The notes under the pieces: model-generated
Told to the model about the DNA's origin: nothing
Database searches by the model: none
What the model saw: the letters and a program-made list of their open reading frames with translations, nothing else
Assembly (NCBI GenBank): GCA_963715945.1
Contig: CAVQSL010000015.1
Location: 270,955 to 334,954, forward strand
Source: an uncultured bacterium
Lineage (GTDB): Bacteria; Fidelibacterota; Marinisomatia; Marinisomatales; JAHJCW01
Direction: 5' to 3'
DNA length: 64,000 nt
Part shown: positions 19,461-29,184 of the stretch, in pieces
Layout: every line of letters begins with the position of its first letter
Numbering within the stretch: position 1 is the first letter of the stretch
Position numbers and translations under genes: made by a program

Positions 19461-20737
19461 TTACTGAGAGTTGCTCGGGATATGAATATGTTTTCCCTTG
19501 ATAATTTCTGAGCTTCCAACCATTTTTGTCATTGCCAATTATAGTTTTGGGTGCAACAGCAATTTTGCCCCCGCCACCGGGGGCATCTACTACAAAAGTT
19601 GGAACTGCATAGCCGGTCGTAAATCCTCTTAGCTGTTCCATTATTTGCAGTCCTCTTTTTAATGGTGTTCTAAAGTGACTGCTACCCTGAATTGGATCAC
19701 ATTGATATAAATAGTAAGGACGAACACGTATTTTTAATAGTCCATGGAAAAGTTCTTTCAAAATTTCTGCTTGGTCGTTTATGCTCTTCAGCAAAACTGT
19801 TTGGCTACCAAGTGGTATTCCCGCATCGGCTAAACGTTCACAGGCTTTTGCAACCTCCATAGTCAGTTCATGAGGGTGTACAAAATTTATACTAATCCAA
19901 AGCGGATGGTAACGTTTTAACATACGAACTAAAGAAGGTGTAATTTTTTGAGGTAAAACAACAGGTACTTTTGTACCAATACGAATAAATTCTACATGTG
20001 GAATCGCTTTTAAGCGTTTAAGCAAATACTCCAAACGATCCTCGGCTAATGTCAGGGGATCTCCTCCGGAGATCAGTACGTCACGAATAGTTGGGGTTGC
20101 TTCAATATATTGTAAAGCTGCTTCCCACTGTGAAGTGCTAAAATTATAATCGCCGCCACCGCCGACAAGCCGTGAGCGGGTACAATAACGACAGAATACT
20201 GAGCAATAGTCAGTAATAAGAAACAGAACTCGATCAGGATAACGATGCACAATTCCGTGAACCGGACTACTATTTTCCTCACCTAATGGATCACTGGATT
20301 CCCCAGGTGACGTTATAAGTTCGCCATCTATTGGGATTACTGATTTGCGAATCGGGTCATGAGGATTATCACGATCAATAAGATGTGCATAATACGGTGT
20401 AATTGCGAGTGGTAGATTTCCCCCTTTTTGAATGTAAAGCGTTCTCCTCTTGCTCGGAAAGATTAACAATTCTTTTCAAATCATCAATTTTGCGAATCCT
20501 GTTTTGCAGCTGCCATTGCCAGCTATTCCAATCGGAAAAAGATGTTCCTGGATAGAAACGACGGCGGAATTCGCTGCATTTTTTATTTATTGGTTCTTTT
20601 GAGGTAACACTTTGAGTTTGTGGAAAGGATAGATTGACTTGCTGAAATTGGAGACTAGTTTTTTGCCTAAAATGTAAGTTTTTTTGTACATTTATAGACA
20701 ACAGTTGCTTGGTTACCAGAAGGAGGCTTTGAATCAT
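19441..20737 (-). CDS. kamA: KamA-family radical-SAM lysine 2,3-aminomutase-like enzyme (one frame break at a C5/T5 run near 20420-20430)
   Basis: CSVFCRYCTRS supplies the CX3CX2C motif, and ISGGDPL and YLYQCD are present. The N-terminal KamA signature FSDWNSWQWQLQNRI is in the overlapping ORF 20375..20737 and joins ITPYYAHLID after a 1-nt shift. Confidence 0.75.
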
Positions 20738-20818
20738 CCCTAAGATTATGTAACGATTTATTGGATTGTGATTCCATGATTTTTTTCCTTAATAATGAAA
20801 GTTTGGTCTATAATTGCC

Positions 20819-20842
20819 AACGCCTGAATTAATTCAGGCGTT
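20819..20842. other. perfect 24-bp palindrome (hairpin or operator) upstream of kamA
   Basis: aacgcctgaatt|aattcaggcgtt is an exact reverse complement. No clear T-run follows on either strand. Confidence 0.4.
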
Positions 20843-21096
20843 ATCTATTATATTTCTTATTGCCGATGATGTAATCATCTATAGCAAAATTGAGGGGAGG
20901 GATGTGCGAAGGGCTGCCTTTCACTGACACGCCTCCAATATTTGGAGTAGAGTAGTCTAACCAAAGATATATTTTCGTGTTTTTATTTTGTATGTAATAA
21001 AACATTTTTCGATAGCTAAAATTACATATTTATTAATGCGGATTTGCAAGATATATTTTCAAAAATAAAATATATTTTTATCTCGACAGAACACCA

Positions 21097-22467
21097 TTAT
21101 TTAGGAATTTTTATATAAAATATATTACCATTAGGTTTGTTTTGTTCAACTCCGGCATCAGCATTATGCGCCTTTGCAATACGGCTGACAATTGCTAATC
21201 CCAAACCGCTACCGCTAGTTTTTCCTAACTGAACTCTGCGCTTGAAAATGTTTTTGCGATCTTTTTTAGGGATCGTTTCACCAAAGTCGGTAACATTTAT
21301 TGTGATGTTATTCTTATCTTCGATTGCGTTTACTACTATCTTACCACCGGAACTTGCATATTTGATCGCATTGTTAATATAGTTCCTAAATACTTCTGCA
21401 ATTATTGGATTAGCCTTGATCTTTAATGGTTTTGTTAACTTCAGATTCAACTCCATATTGGCATATTTCAACGCAGAAGTAAATTCTTTCGATACGGTTC
21501 TGATCGTTTCAGTTATATCAATTTCTTTCATCTCTATTTCGTCTCCGGCACTGACCTTTGCCATAACTGTAGCATTCTCGATTACCTTTAAAAGATTATC
21601 GGTTCCAGATGAAATTTCTTGCAACATCTCATTTTTAGGATCATTCTCCAAAGCAATATCCGAAAATCCTTTTATCACACCGGCCGGATTCTTTAGATCG
21701 TGTGCAATAACATCTAATAACAATTCTTTCATTAAATTTAAATCGTTTAATTCTTCACTTAGTTGCCTATACTTGCGTTCACTGGCTTTCAGAGCGTTTT
21801 CAGATATTATTCTCTGTGTAATATCCTGCGCGGCTATTATTAATTCCTCCATTTTATTATTAGAATCCTTTACGCAAGAAATGCTTAATAAAACTGATAT
21901 TCTTTCACCTGCCTTTGTGATATATTTGGCATCTTGATTTGTTAACCACGAACCTTTACTGCATTTTTCCATATAATATTTAAATTTTTTATCCGTTCCA
22001 AATATTTTTTTTACAGGATGATCAATAAGTTCGTTTTCTTCAAATCCAAGTAAATTTAATGTGGCTTGATTTACCTTACTGATGCGTAGATCAGATCCGA
22101 CTTTTATTACTATTAGGGTATCAGCCATTGAATTAATTATGTTATCAAGATATTTCTTAGATACTGTAGTTCGACGAAAATCAGCTATTGTATCAAAGCC
22201 TACACGAACTACAAAATATACAAATAATGCCCCAAATAAAAATATTAACCCTTCGATTGACTGTAGTTTTTGAGAATGTCCAGAAAATATTACAGATACA
22301 AATATAAATAGATATCCTATAAAAAATAGTAGCATAAAATATTTTAAGATATTCCAGGCTTTTTGGTACTTCTTATTCAAGCGAAGTTTAGTTAACTGTT
22401 GCGTTTTATAAACCGCAAAAAGCATTATTATGCTACCTATTAATATTAAAATTGCATGTACTGACAT
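21097..22467 (-). CDS. membrane sensor histidine kinase (TM-PAS-HisKA-HATPase_c)
   Basis: 456-aa ORF with three N-terminal hydrophobic helices, H-box IAHDLKNP, and ATPase motifs NNAIKYA, DFGETIP and GSGLGLAI. Confidence 0.8.
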   Translation of the reverse strand: MSVHAILILIGSIIMLFAVYKTQQLTKLRLNKKYQKAWNILKYFMLLFFIGYLFIFVSVIFSGHSQKLQSIEGLIFLFGALFVYFVVRVGFDTIADFRRTTVSKKYLDNIINSMADTLIVIKVGSDLRISKVNQATLNLLGFEENELIDHPVKKIFGTDKKFKYYMEKCSKGSWLTNQDAKYITKAGERISVLLSISCVKDSNNKMEELIIAAQDITQRIISENALKASERKYRQLSEELNDLNLMKELLLDVIAHDLKNPAGVIKGFSDIALENDPKNEMLQEISSGTDNLLKVIENATVMAKVSAGDEIEMKEIDITETIRTVSKEFTSALKYANMELNLKLTKPLKIKANPIIAEVFRNYINNAIKYASSGGKIVVNAIEDKNNITINVTDFGETIPKKDRKNIFKRRVQLGKTSGSGLGLAIVSRIAKAHNADAGVEQNKPNGNIFYIKIPK

Positions 22468-22674
22468 CGCTTATTCCTATAAATTATTTTTTAATCACTA
22501 AGGTAGATAAATTTATCCCTTTGTTATAATTGGTTTTACCTATATTCTGCTTATTAAAATTAAAAATACAGAGTTATTGTCTTCTATAAGGAACATGCCC
22601 AATTGCTCATAGGGATATTCCTGACAACGTTATTAATAGTTCAAAGAATGTTAAAGACAATTATCTATAAAACA

Positions 22675-22717
22675 AATAAAAAAAAGCCTGTCTCATTTAA
22701 TCTTGAGGCAGGCTTTT
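22675..22717 (-). terminator. rho-independent terminator after the HmuY-like gene
   Basis: On the minus strand, gcctgcctca...tgagacaggc is followed by an 8-nt T run. It lies 30 nt after the stop at 22750. Confidence 0.65.
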
Positions 22718-22749
22718 AACCTATATTGATTGGAAATTAACGATTTTGA

Positions 22750-23278
22750 TTATTCAGATATATATTTCCATTCAATACTGAACACACCAGAATTCCCTTG
22801 TTCATCATAATAACTTGTTATTCTAAATGCAGGAAATTTTCCATCTGCAGTATTAACAATATAAACATTATCATTAGGAACTATTACATGAGCATCAGTT
22901 TCATCGTACCATTCCCCCAATTCGCTTACAAAATTGGTAACAAATTCTTCCATTGCTGGAACATTGGTCACTTCTTCTAAATTTGTATTATTTATTACCG
23001 CAATACTGATTCCATCCTTTGCTCTAAATCTTGGATCACTAATTACAGGAGCTTGTGGAGCGGGTTGCCACTGTACCGCATAAAACACAATATCATGTGC
23101 AGCAGAAACATCGCTTGAACCGGAATTGCTTTTAAAACTAAAATATTCGGTCGCAGTTTTTACATTCACGGTAGAATGTTCAAATTTATCACCATTATTA
23201 TTTGAATTAGTAGCATTTTTATCACAACCGGTTGTGATAAATGTAAATAGCCAAAAGTGCTGTGAGTAAGTATTTCAT
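22750..23278 (-). CDS. HmuY-like lipoprotein, accessory to the TonB-dependent receptor (one frame break in the signal peptide)
   Basis: ORF 22750..23169. An upstream ATG at 23278 gives MKYLLTALLAI, which shifts into IFITTGC|DKNATNSNN (lipobox). The body (YFSF...AHDIVFYAV...FRITSYYDEQGNSGVFSIEWK) resembles the HmuY family. Confidence 0.4.
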
Positions 23279-23291
23279 CTTGTTTCCTTTT

Positions 23292-25418
23292 TTATTTATT
23301 ATCTTGATTAAATCGTAAGCCTATATACCATTCACGGCCCGGCATAGGTCCCCAAACAGCATCATAGACATCTGTTAAATTGTTCACTCCTGCATGAATC
23401 TCTATTTTTTTCGTAACAGGAATACTGATATTTGTGTGTAGTAAAAAATATTCATCAATCCAGCTATCAGATATCTCACCTACTGCCAAGCCTTCATCAC
23501 CATAATAGCGTTCACCAACAAATTGACCACGGAAATTGTAATTTATTTGCAATGGTAATTGCATCCTTAGTTTGAAATTCCCCTTATGTTTTGCTTTTAA
23601 ATTGATAGGACTTTCGTTATCCACATCCCAAGTATCTAAGTAACTATATCCTATCGCAAATTCAATTTTGCGGGTAAAGAAGTATGTTAGGTCTATATCA
23701 AATCCTTTGGTAATGGCTTTGTAGATATTGGCTGTCTGCCAAACATGGAGTCCTTGCTCATCATATCCATGAGAAGCATAATCTATTAGATTATTTATTT
23801 CATTGTAGAAGACATTAATACGTCCATGATAAAGATTAGTATGCCATCGTTCTAGATCAAGAATAAGACTACTAGATCTCTCCGGCTCGAGTTCCGGATT
23901 ACCGATAACATAATATCCAACTTGTAATATTTTAAAATCTAAATAGAGTTCTTTAAAACTTGGTGCTTTAAATCCTTGACCATATGAAAAACGAACTCTA
24001 GAGATAGGTTCAGGTTTATACATAACTGAAAATTTTGGTGAAACATAATTTCCATATATCGAATGATTATCCAATCTTAGCCCGGTGAGAAATGTTAATT
24101 TTGGAGCGATTTGCCATTCGTCCTGACTAAATCCATAAATCAAATCAGAATTTTTATGTCCATCAGTAATTCTATTTGATTCGATTGATTCTCTCTCAAA
24201 ACCTACACCGCCATTCACCAAATGATCCTTTTTATTGTACTGAAAGGTCATATCGGTTTGAAATAAATCATCAATTGTTCTATCGCTAGATTTTTTATAA
24301 TCGGATGATATCACAAATTGTTCATATAAATGATCATAGTATGAATACTCAAGACCTGTTTTGTATTGCAGGTTTTCCCGATTGCCTTCGTATTCTAGTC
24401 GATTTGCAATTCGTAGGTTATCTGTTACATCTTCAAATATATTTTCAGTATTTAAAATTTGATTTTCAATAAATATATTACTCTCTAACCTGAGAATGCC
24501 TTTTAATATTTGCGGATTCTCTAAGCGCAAACCTGAATTATACTTTGTGTATTTGCTACCGTTTTCCCACAAACTATTATTATTTAGATCATTACCGCCA
24601 TATCTGCGAGTATTTAAATATAATTTTGATCGCCAATTCCCTAATCCTCCTGAAAGTGTCATATTTCCGTTAAAACGACCATAACTTCCGGCATCGCCAT
24701 TGGCAGAAAATCCAAACTTATCCTGTGGTTTTTTGGTAATTATATTTATAATTCCGCCCATCGCCTCGCTGCCATACAGAGCGGACGAAGCACCTTTTAC
24801 AACTTCAATTCTTTCAATTTGATCAGTAGGGATTTGAGAAATATCCAATTGTCCGTTTGTCCTCCCAAGAATTTCCATTCCGTCAACCATAACTAAAATA
24901 TGATCCGAACCAAAGCCGGACAGTTCAACTCCTGTCCCAAATTGATTTTCCACGACCGAGACACCCGTTAGTTCATTGAGTGCATGCGAGACATCGATTG
25001 CCCCTGATTCACGTAATTTCAACCCCTTTAGTACTTGTGTTGTTACAGGTACATCTTTTAAATATCTTTCTGTTCTAGTGCCTGTTATTACTATTGATGA
25101 CATTTCAATTAATGTTTTCTCTAAGTGTAATTTTATCGGTTTATGGATAGGAAACTGAATAGACTGTGTTACTGTTTCATATCCCATCATTGTCACTTTC
25201 AAGATTCCTATATCATATGGTATACCAAAAAATGAGAAATACCCTTCTTCATTTGTAGTTGTACCAATATCAGTTCCTTCAAAAAATACATTAGCAAATG
25301 CTAATGGTTCACCACTATCACCATCAGAAATATTGCCTGATAAATTATTCCCGGTTGCAAAAAGAATGAGTGGTAAAAATGTAATAATAAGTGTGGTGCG
25401 CATTATCTGAAATGTCAT
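23292..25418 (-). CDS. TonB-dependent receptor with N-terminal carboxypeptidase-regulatory-like domain
   Basis: 708-aa ORF. It has a CarbopepD_reg-like start (GNISDGDSGEPLAFANVFFEGTDIGTTTNEEGYFSF), plug motifs (IERIEVVKGASSALYGSEAMGGIINIITK) and a barrel with a C-terminal aromatic region. Confidence 0.85.
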   Translation of the reverse strand: MTFQIMRTTLIITFLPLILFATGNNLSGNISDGDSGEPLAFANVFFEGTDIGTTTNEEGYFSFFGIPYDIGILKVTMMGYETVTQSIQFPIHKPIKLHLEKTLIEMSSIVITGTRTERYLKDVPVTTQVLKGLKLRESGAIDVSHALNELTGVSVVENQFGTGVELSGFGSDHILVMVDGMEILGRTNGQLDISQIPTDQIERIEVVKGASSALYGSEAMGGIINIITKKPQDKFGFSANGDAGSYGRFNGNMTLSGGLGNWRSKLYLNTRRYGGNDLNNNSLWENGSKYTKYNSGLRLENPQILKGILRLESNIFIENQILNTENIFEDVTDNLRIANRLEYEGNRENLQYKTGLEYSYYDHLYEQFVISSDYKKSSDRTIDDLFQTDMTFQYNKKDHLVNGGVGFERESIESNRITDGHKNSDLIYGFSQDEWQIAPKLTFLTGLRLDNHSIYGNYVSPKFSVMYKPEPISRVRFSYGQGFKAPSFKELYLDFKILQVGYYVIGNPELEPERSSSLILDLERWHTNLYHGRINVFYNEINNLIDYASHGYDEQGLHVWQTANIYKAITKGFDIDLTYFFTRKIEFAIGYSYLDTWDVDNESPINLKAKHKGNFKLRMQLPLQINYNFRGQFVGERYYGDEGLAVGEISDSWIDEYFLLHTNISIPVTKKIEIHAGVNNLTDVYDAVWGPMPGREWYIGLRFNQDNK

Positions 25419-26014
25419 TGTTTATTCTTTTTTAGGAATTTAGTAAATAGATCTTCGACCTCTTCTTCGGTTATATTTTCACGATCTTTCCCCATTAAAA
25501 CCATACCATGGAAAATATAGCCCAATGCCTTTAATGTTATTTGACTGTCTATCTTTGGGAAATTCACCAGCTTCAATTCCTAATTCTATCAGCTTATGCA
25601 TTGTATTTGTTAATCTAACCTGATACTGTTTCCATTCGGGTTCAATATCTTCTGCTGATGGATGTGACTGTGGCGCAAAAAATAGAAACTCGTAGAGTGC
25701 CCTATCCTCGTTTACTAATTCAATTAATTTTTTAATTATTTTAATAAACTTTCTGACGCGGTGTAGTATTTAATTATGACGACATCTTCAATGCCATCCC
25801 ATAATGTGACCCAACCATTTAATAAGATAGTATTAAAAATCTCTTCTTTGGATTTAAAATAATAATATAAAGTAGCTTTACCGAAATCAGCCTCTAGGGC
25901 TATTTCGTCCATTGTTGCATGTTCTAGTCCTTTAGTTTTAAAAACTTTTAGGGCGCTATTTAATATAAGTTTTTTCCTTGCTTCTCTTTCTTCTTGTTTT
26001 CTAGATATAGTCAT
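25415..26014 (-). pseudogene. TetR-family transcriptional regulator, 2-3 frame breaks
   Basis: ORF 25736..26014 holds the TetR HTH (ILNSALKVFKTKGLEHATMDEIALEADFGKATLYYYFKSKEEIF). The ligand-domain remainder is readable in two other frames down to a TGA that overlaps the receptor ATG (ATGA at 25415-25418). Confidence 0.6.
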
Positions 26015-26042
26015 TATATTTATTCTTCAAATTAATGGTTTG

Positions 26043-26066
26043 TATTTCGAATCATAGGTCGAAATA
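26043..26066. promoter_or_regulatory. inverted repeat, candidate TetR operator
   Basis: tatttcga-N8-tcgaaata lies 29-52 nt upstream of the TetR start, in the divergent TetR/ccsB intergenic region. Confidence 0.3.
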
Positions 26067-26224
26067 TAAAGACCTTACTTGTCCTTTTATCAATAAATAT
26101 TTCAATATTGGTACAATATATCTATATTTAGCAATACATATATGCTTTAGTTCGAAGCGTTTGTATGTTATTTATTTTTATTTTTAAAAACAAACTATAG
26201 ACACTAATTTCCGCATCAATTTTT

Positions 26225-27385
26225 ATGGTAAAAAAACAAATGACTGAACCTTCTTTCGCTAGAAAACTTTATAGTACCTTAGTTTCTATGAAGTTTGCAA
26301 TAATTATACTGATTCTACTCGGCATAACTTCATTATTGTCAATGTTGATCAATGAATACCCATCATTTTTCTCAGAACATTCATTGTTACATTCAATATT
26401 TCAACAGCATTCCCCCTACGCTTCTTGGTGGTATTCCATATTATTGTGGTTGCTGGTTATATCGGTTTTATTGTGCGTGATACAAAATATTATGCCGGCT
26501 ATTAGATCAATTGTAACAACGCGGTTTCTGACAAGTGCCGATATCAAAAATATTCATGGCTCGGCACAGATAAAGACCAAACGCGCCATTCAATCTATTG
26601 AAATTAAAAAGTTGCTTAAGGGACGCTTATTTCATACTGTCGAATCTGAAACCAAAGGTGAAAAATTAATTTCTGCCCGAAAATATCGATGGAGTCATTT
26701 CGGTCATATCTTAACGCATATTTCCTTATTAATTATTGTACTTGGTAGTCTTATTTATACTAAGACAGGTCGTAAGGAATTCCGGTATATCATTGCCGAA
26801 GAATTTAAAGAAACTGAATACTTTGAGAATTTTCCTGACTTGTACCAATGGCATTTTGTGGTTTCGGAAACCATCCATCCAACAATGGTAGTTGATAGTT
26901 TTCGGGTACGGTATTATAATGAAGGGCATGGTCCTCGTATTTCAGATTTCCGTTCCTATGTCCGTCTCTTTGATCATGATGGAACCTTACTTGCTAAACA
27001 TGAGATAACCGTAAATAGTCCCCTCATTTACAAACATGTTTCGATACATCAATCGGATTATAAACCGCTTGTAAATGAATTTTTTATGAACATTCCAAAC
27101 CGTTCGCAAATTATTGGGCGCATGCAAAATGATCAAGAATTGCAAAAGAACGAAACAAATTGGATTACGGGTTTATCATTGCACGCCAATAATGGGATAC
27201 CTATTATTTTTGCCGGCATGTTCGTATCGGTTATCGGTTTAATGTTGTCATTTATGTTTTGGCCTCGACAAATTTGGATAGCTATCAATAAGAATACCAT
27301 AACAATTGGTGGACTCTCAATCAAAAATAAAATTGCATTTCAAAAAGAATTAGAAAACATCATTAAAAGGATAAGTAATGAATAA
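26225..27385 (+). CDS. ccsB: cytochrome c biogenesis protein ResB/CcsB (system II)
   Basis: 386-aa ORF. It has a ResB-like N terminus (LYSTLVSMKFAIIILILLGITSLLS), a large loop with VNSPLIYKHVSIHQSDY, and a C-terminal transmembrane helix. It sits immediately upstream of ccsA. Confidence 0.7.
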   Translation: MVKKQMTEPSFARKLYSTLVSMKFAIIILILLGITSLLSMLINEYPSFFSEHSLLHSIFQQHSPYASWWYSILLWLLVISVLLCVIQNIMPAIRSIVTTRFLTSADIKNIHGSAQIKTKRAIQSIEIKKLLKGRLFHTVESETKGEKLISARKYRWSHFGHILTHISLLIIVLGSLIYTKTGRKEFRYIIAEEFKETEYFENFPDLYQWHFVVSETIHPTMVVDSFRVRYYNEGHGPRISDFRSYVRLFDHDGTLLAKHEITVNSPLIYKHVSIHQSDYKPLVNEFFMNIPNRSQIIGRMQNDQELQKNETNWITGLSLHANNGIPIIFAGMFVSVIGLMLSFMFWPRQIWIAINKNTITIGGLSIKNKIAFQKELENIIKRISNE

Positions 27386-27860
27386 AAAATTAATTTACGC
27401 GCTTGGTGTAATTGTACTCGTGGTTTTAGGATATTTTGCCTTACAAAAAGAAGCTCCACAACAGGAGTCAATGCAAGCTCACAGTATGGAACAGAATTCT
27501 GAAAGTGGGTTAGAAATAGTTAAAGAGTCTGCCGTTATTCCATTTAAAAAATCATATTCGATTGATGAAGAATGGAGTTTAATGGTTAATCAATTTGAAC
27601 CAAATGCCAAAATTTCAGGTCCCGGCATGATCACCTCCGATTCGGACTTAGAGCAAAATCCTGCTATAAAAGTTGACTTTTACAAAAACGGGGAATTAAT
27701 TCACTATCAAATAGTTTTCAAAGAAATGCCCGGATTCCATTCGGTAAAACCCGATCAGAAATATTTATTAGATTTTATTAACTATGAAGGATTTAAAGTT
27801 TTAGGAGCAAATGGCTATACAATCGACTCCGCAAATTTAAAAATATGGAGAATTAAATGA
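27378..27860 (+). CDS. membrane-anchored protein of unknown function embedded in the ccs operon
   Basis: 160-aa ORF with one N-terminal transmembrane helix and no Cys or His motif. Its start overlaps the ccsB stop, and its TGA overlaps the ccsA ATG (ATGA at 27857-27860). Confidence 0.5.
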   Translation: MNKKLIYALGVIVLVVLGYFALQKEAPQQESMQAHSMEQNSESGLEIVKESAVIPFKKSYSIDEEWSLMVNQFEPNAKISGPGMITSDSDLEQNPAIKVDFYKNGELIHYQIVFKEMPGFHSVKPDQKYLLDFINYEGFKVLGANGYTIDSANLKIWRIK

Positions 27861-29164
27861 CCGAAGGACTATATCAAGATCTATTCTGGTACACTTTTAT
27901 ATTCTATTTAGGAGGATTCATTGCCTTCGCGATGTACTTTTCACTAAAAAAGGATTCCCTACATAAAATCGGTACGTTTTTATTGGTCATCGGTCTTCTA
28001 ATGCAAACAGGAGGGTTCATAGTCAAGTGGAGTCTCGTTGGACAAATCCGTTTCCAAAGTATGTTCGAATTCCTAATGCTTATGTCATGGGCCGGGGTTC
28101 TGCTAATTCTATATGGTATCACTAAATACAAGAGTCCTTTATTAGGTGTAGTTATTACTCCAATAATTGTAATGCTAAATGCAGCTGCAGCACTGTTAGA
28201 TAAATCTCCGGCAGAAAATCTAATGCCAGCATTACAAAGTAATTGGTTAACCATACATGTAGCACTTGCCGCCATTGGATCAGGCGCATTTGTAATAGCG
28301 GGCGCTGTCAGCTTATTCTACCTGTTAAGTAACCACAAATATAAAAAAGATGATAAAAAAGATTTTAATGGGTTTTTATCGATCGCTCTTATATATCTTA
28401 TTTATATACCAATTGCCTTATTCTTTATATTGAAGATTGTTGGATTAACACCACATCACACTGCTTTTCAATTCATGTCACAATTTGCCAGTCGTATGGA
28501 ATTCGAGAATGCTCGCACATTGCTTGGTCAATTGGTAATAGTACTCGGTTTAGTCTTTATTCCAATGATTGCTATTACGGGATATTTCTTTAAGAAAAAA
28601 ATTGCCGATTCAAAAAATTCAGGGTATGGTGGTGTATTATTTGCGATATTTGCTCTGAGTTTTGCCTTATCGAGCTTAATAGTAGGAATTTTAGTACACA
28701 ACAATATGATATTAATAACGCCACAAAGACATTTAGGAAGTATTTGGCGTTTCTTTGAATTTTTAGGTTCTGCTTATATTCTTACTTTAGCCGTTTTTGT
28801 ATTTTTATATTACTTGATATACCGCAAGTTGGGTTTATCCATTAATAAAATTTCTGATAAATTTGATCTATTAGATGAGATTAACTATCGTGCTGTTTCA
28901 TTAGGCTATCCTCTGTACACTGTTGGAGCACTTTTTGCCGGTGCAATTTGGGCAGAACAAGCTTGGGGAACATTTTGGAGCTGGGACCCTAAAGAAGTTG
29001 GCTCATTATTAGTATGGTTTTTCTATTCCGCAGTTCTGCATGCGCGCTACAATCGCGATTGGAAAGGTAGTCGTTTAGCGATATTATCGATAATCGGCAC
29101 ATCAATGATATTTATTACCTTTTACGGTAACTATTTCTTTGGTGGACTACACGCGTACGCTTAG
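27857..29164 (+). CDS. ccsA: cytochrome c biogenesis protein CcsA/ResC (system II heme handling)
   Basis: 435-aa polytopic ORF carrying the WWD signature WAEQAWGTFWSWDPKEVGSLLVWF. Confidence 0.85.
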   Translation: MTEGLYQDLFWYTFIFYLGGFIAFAMYFSLKKDSLHKIGTFLLVIGLLMQTGGFIVKWSLVGQIRFQSMFEFLMLMSWAGVLLILYGITKYKSPLLGVVITPIIVMLNAAAALLDKSPAENLMPALQSNWLTIHVALAAIGSGAFVIAGAVSLFYLLSNHKYKKDDKKDFNGFLSIALIYLIYIPIALFFILKIVGLTPHHTAFQFMSQFASRMEFENARTLLGQLVIVLGLVFIPMIAITGYFFKKKIADSKNSGYGGVLFAIFALSFALSSLIVGILVHNNMILITPQRHLGSIWRFFEFLGSAYILTLAVFVFLYYLIYRKLGLSINKISDKFDLLDEINYRAVSLGYPLYTVGALFAGAIWAEQAWGTFWSWDPKEVGSLLVWFFYSAVLHARYNRDWKGSRLAILSIIGTSMIFITFYGNYFFGGLHAYA

Positions 29165-29184
29165 TACTTAATCAAATATTCGCT

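Noticed and set aside
20738-21096. A lysine (L-box) riboswitch in front of the lysine aminomutase-like gene.
   Set aside because: The structured GC-rich part is only about 45-50 nt and lacks the multi-helix L-box signatures. The element is kept as an unclassified finding instead.
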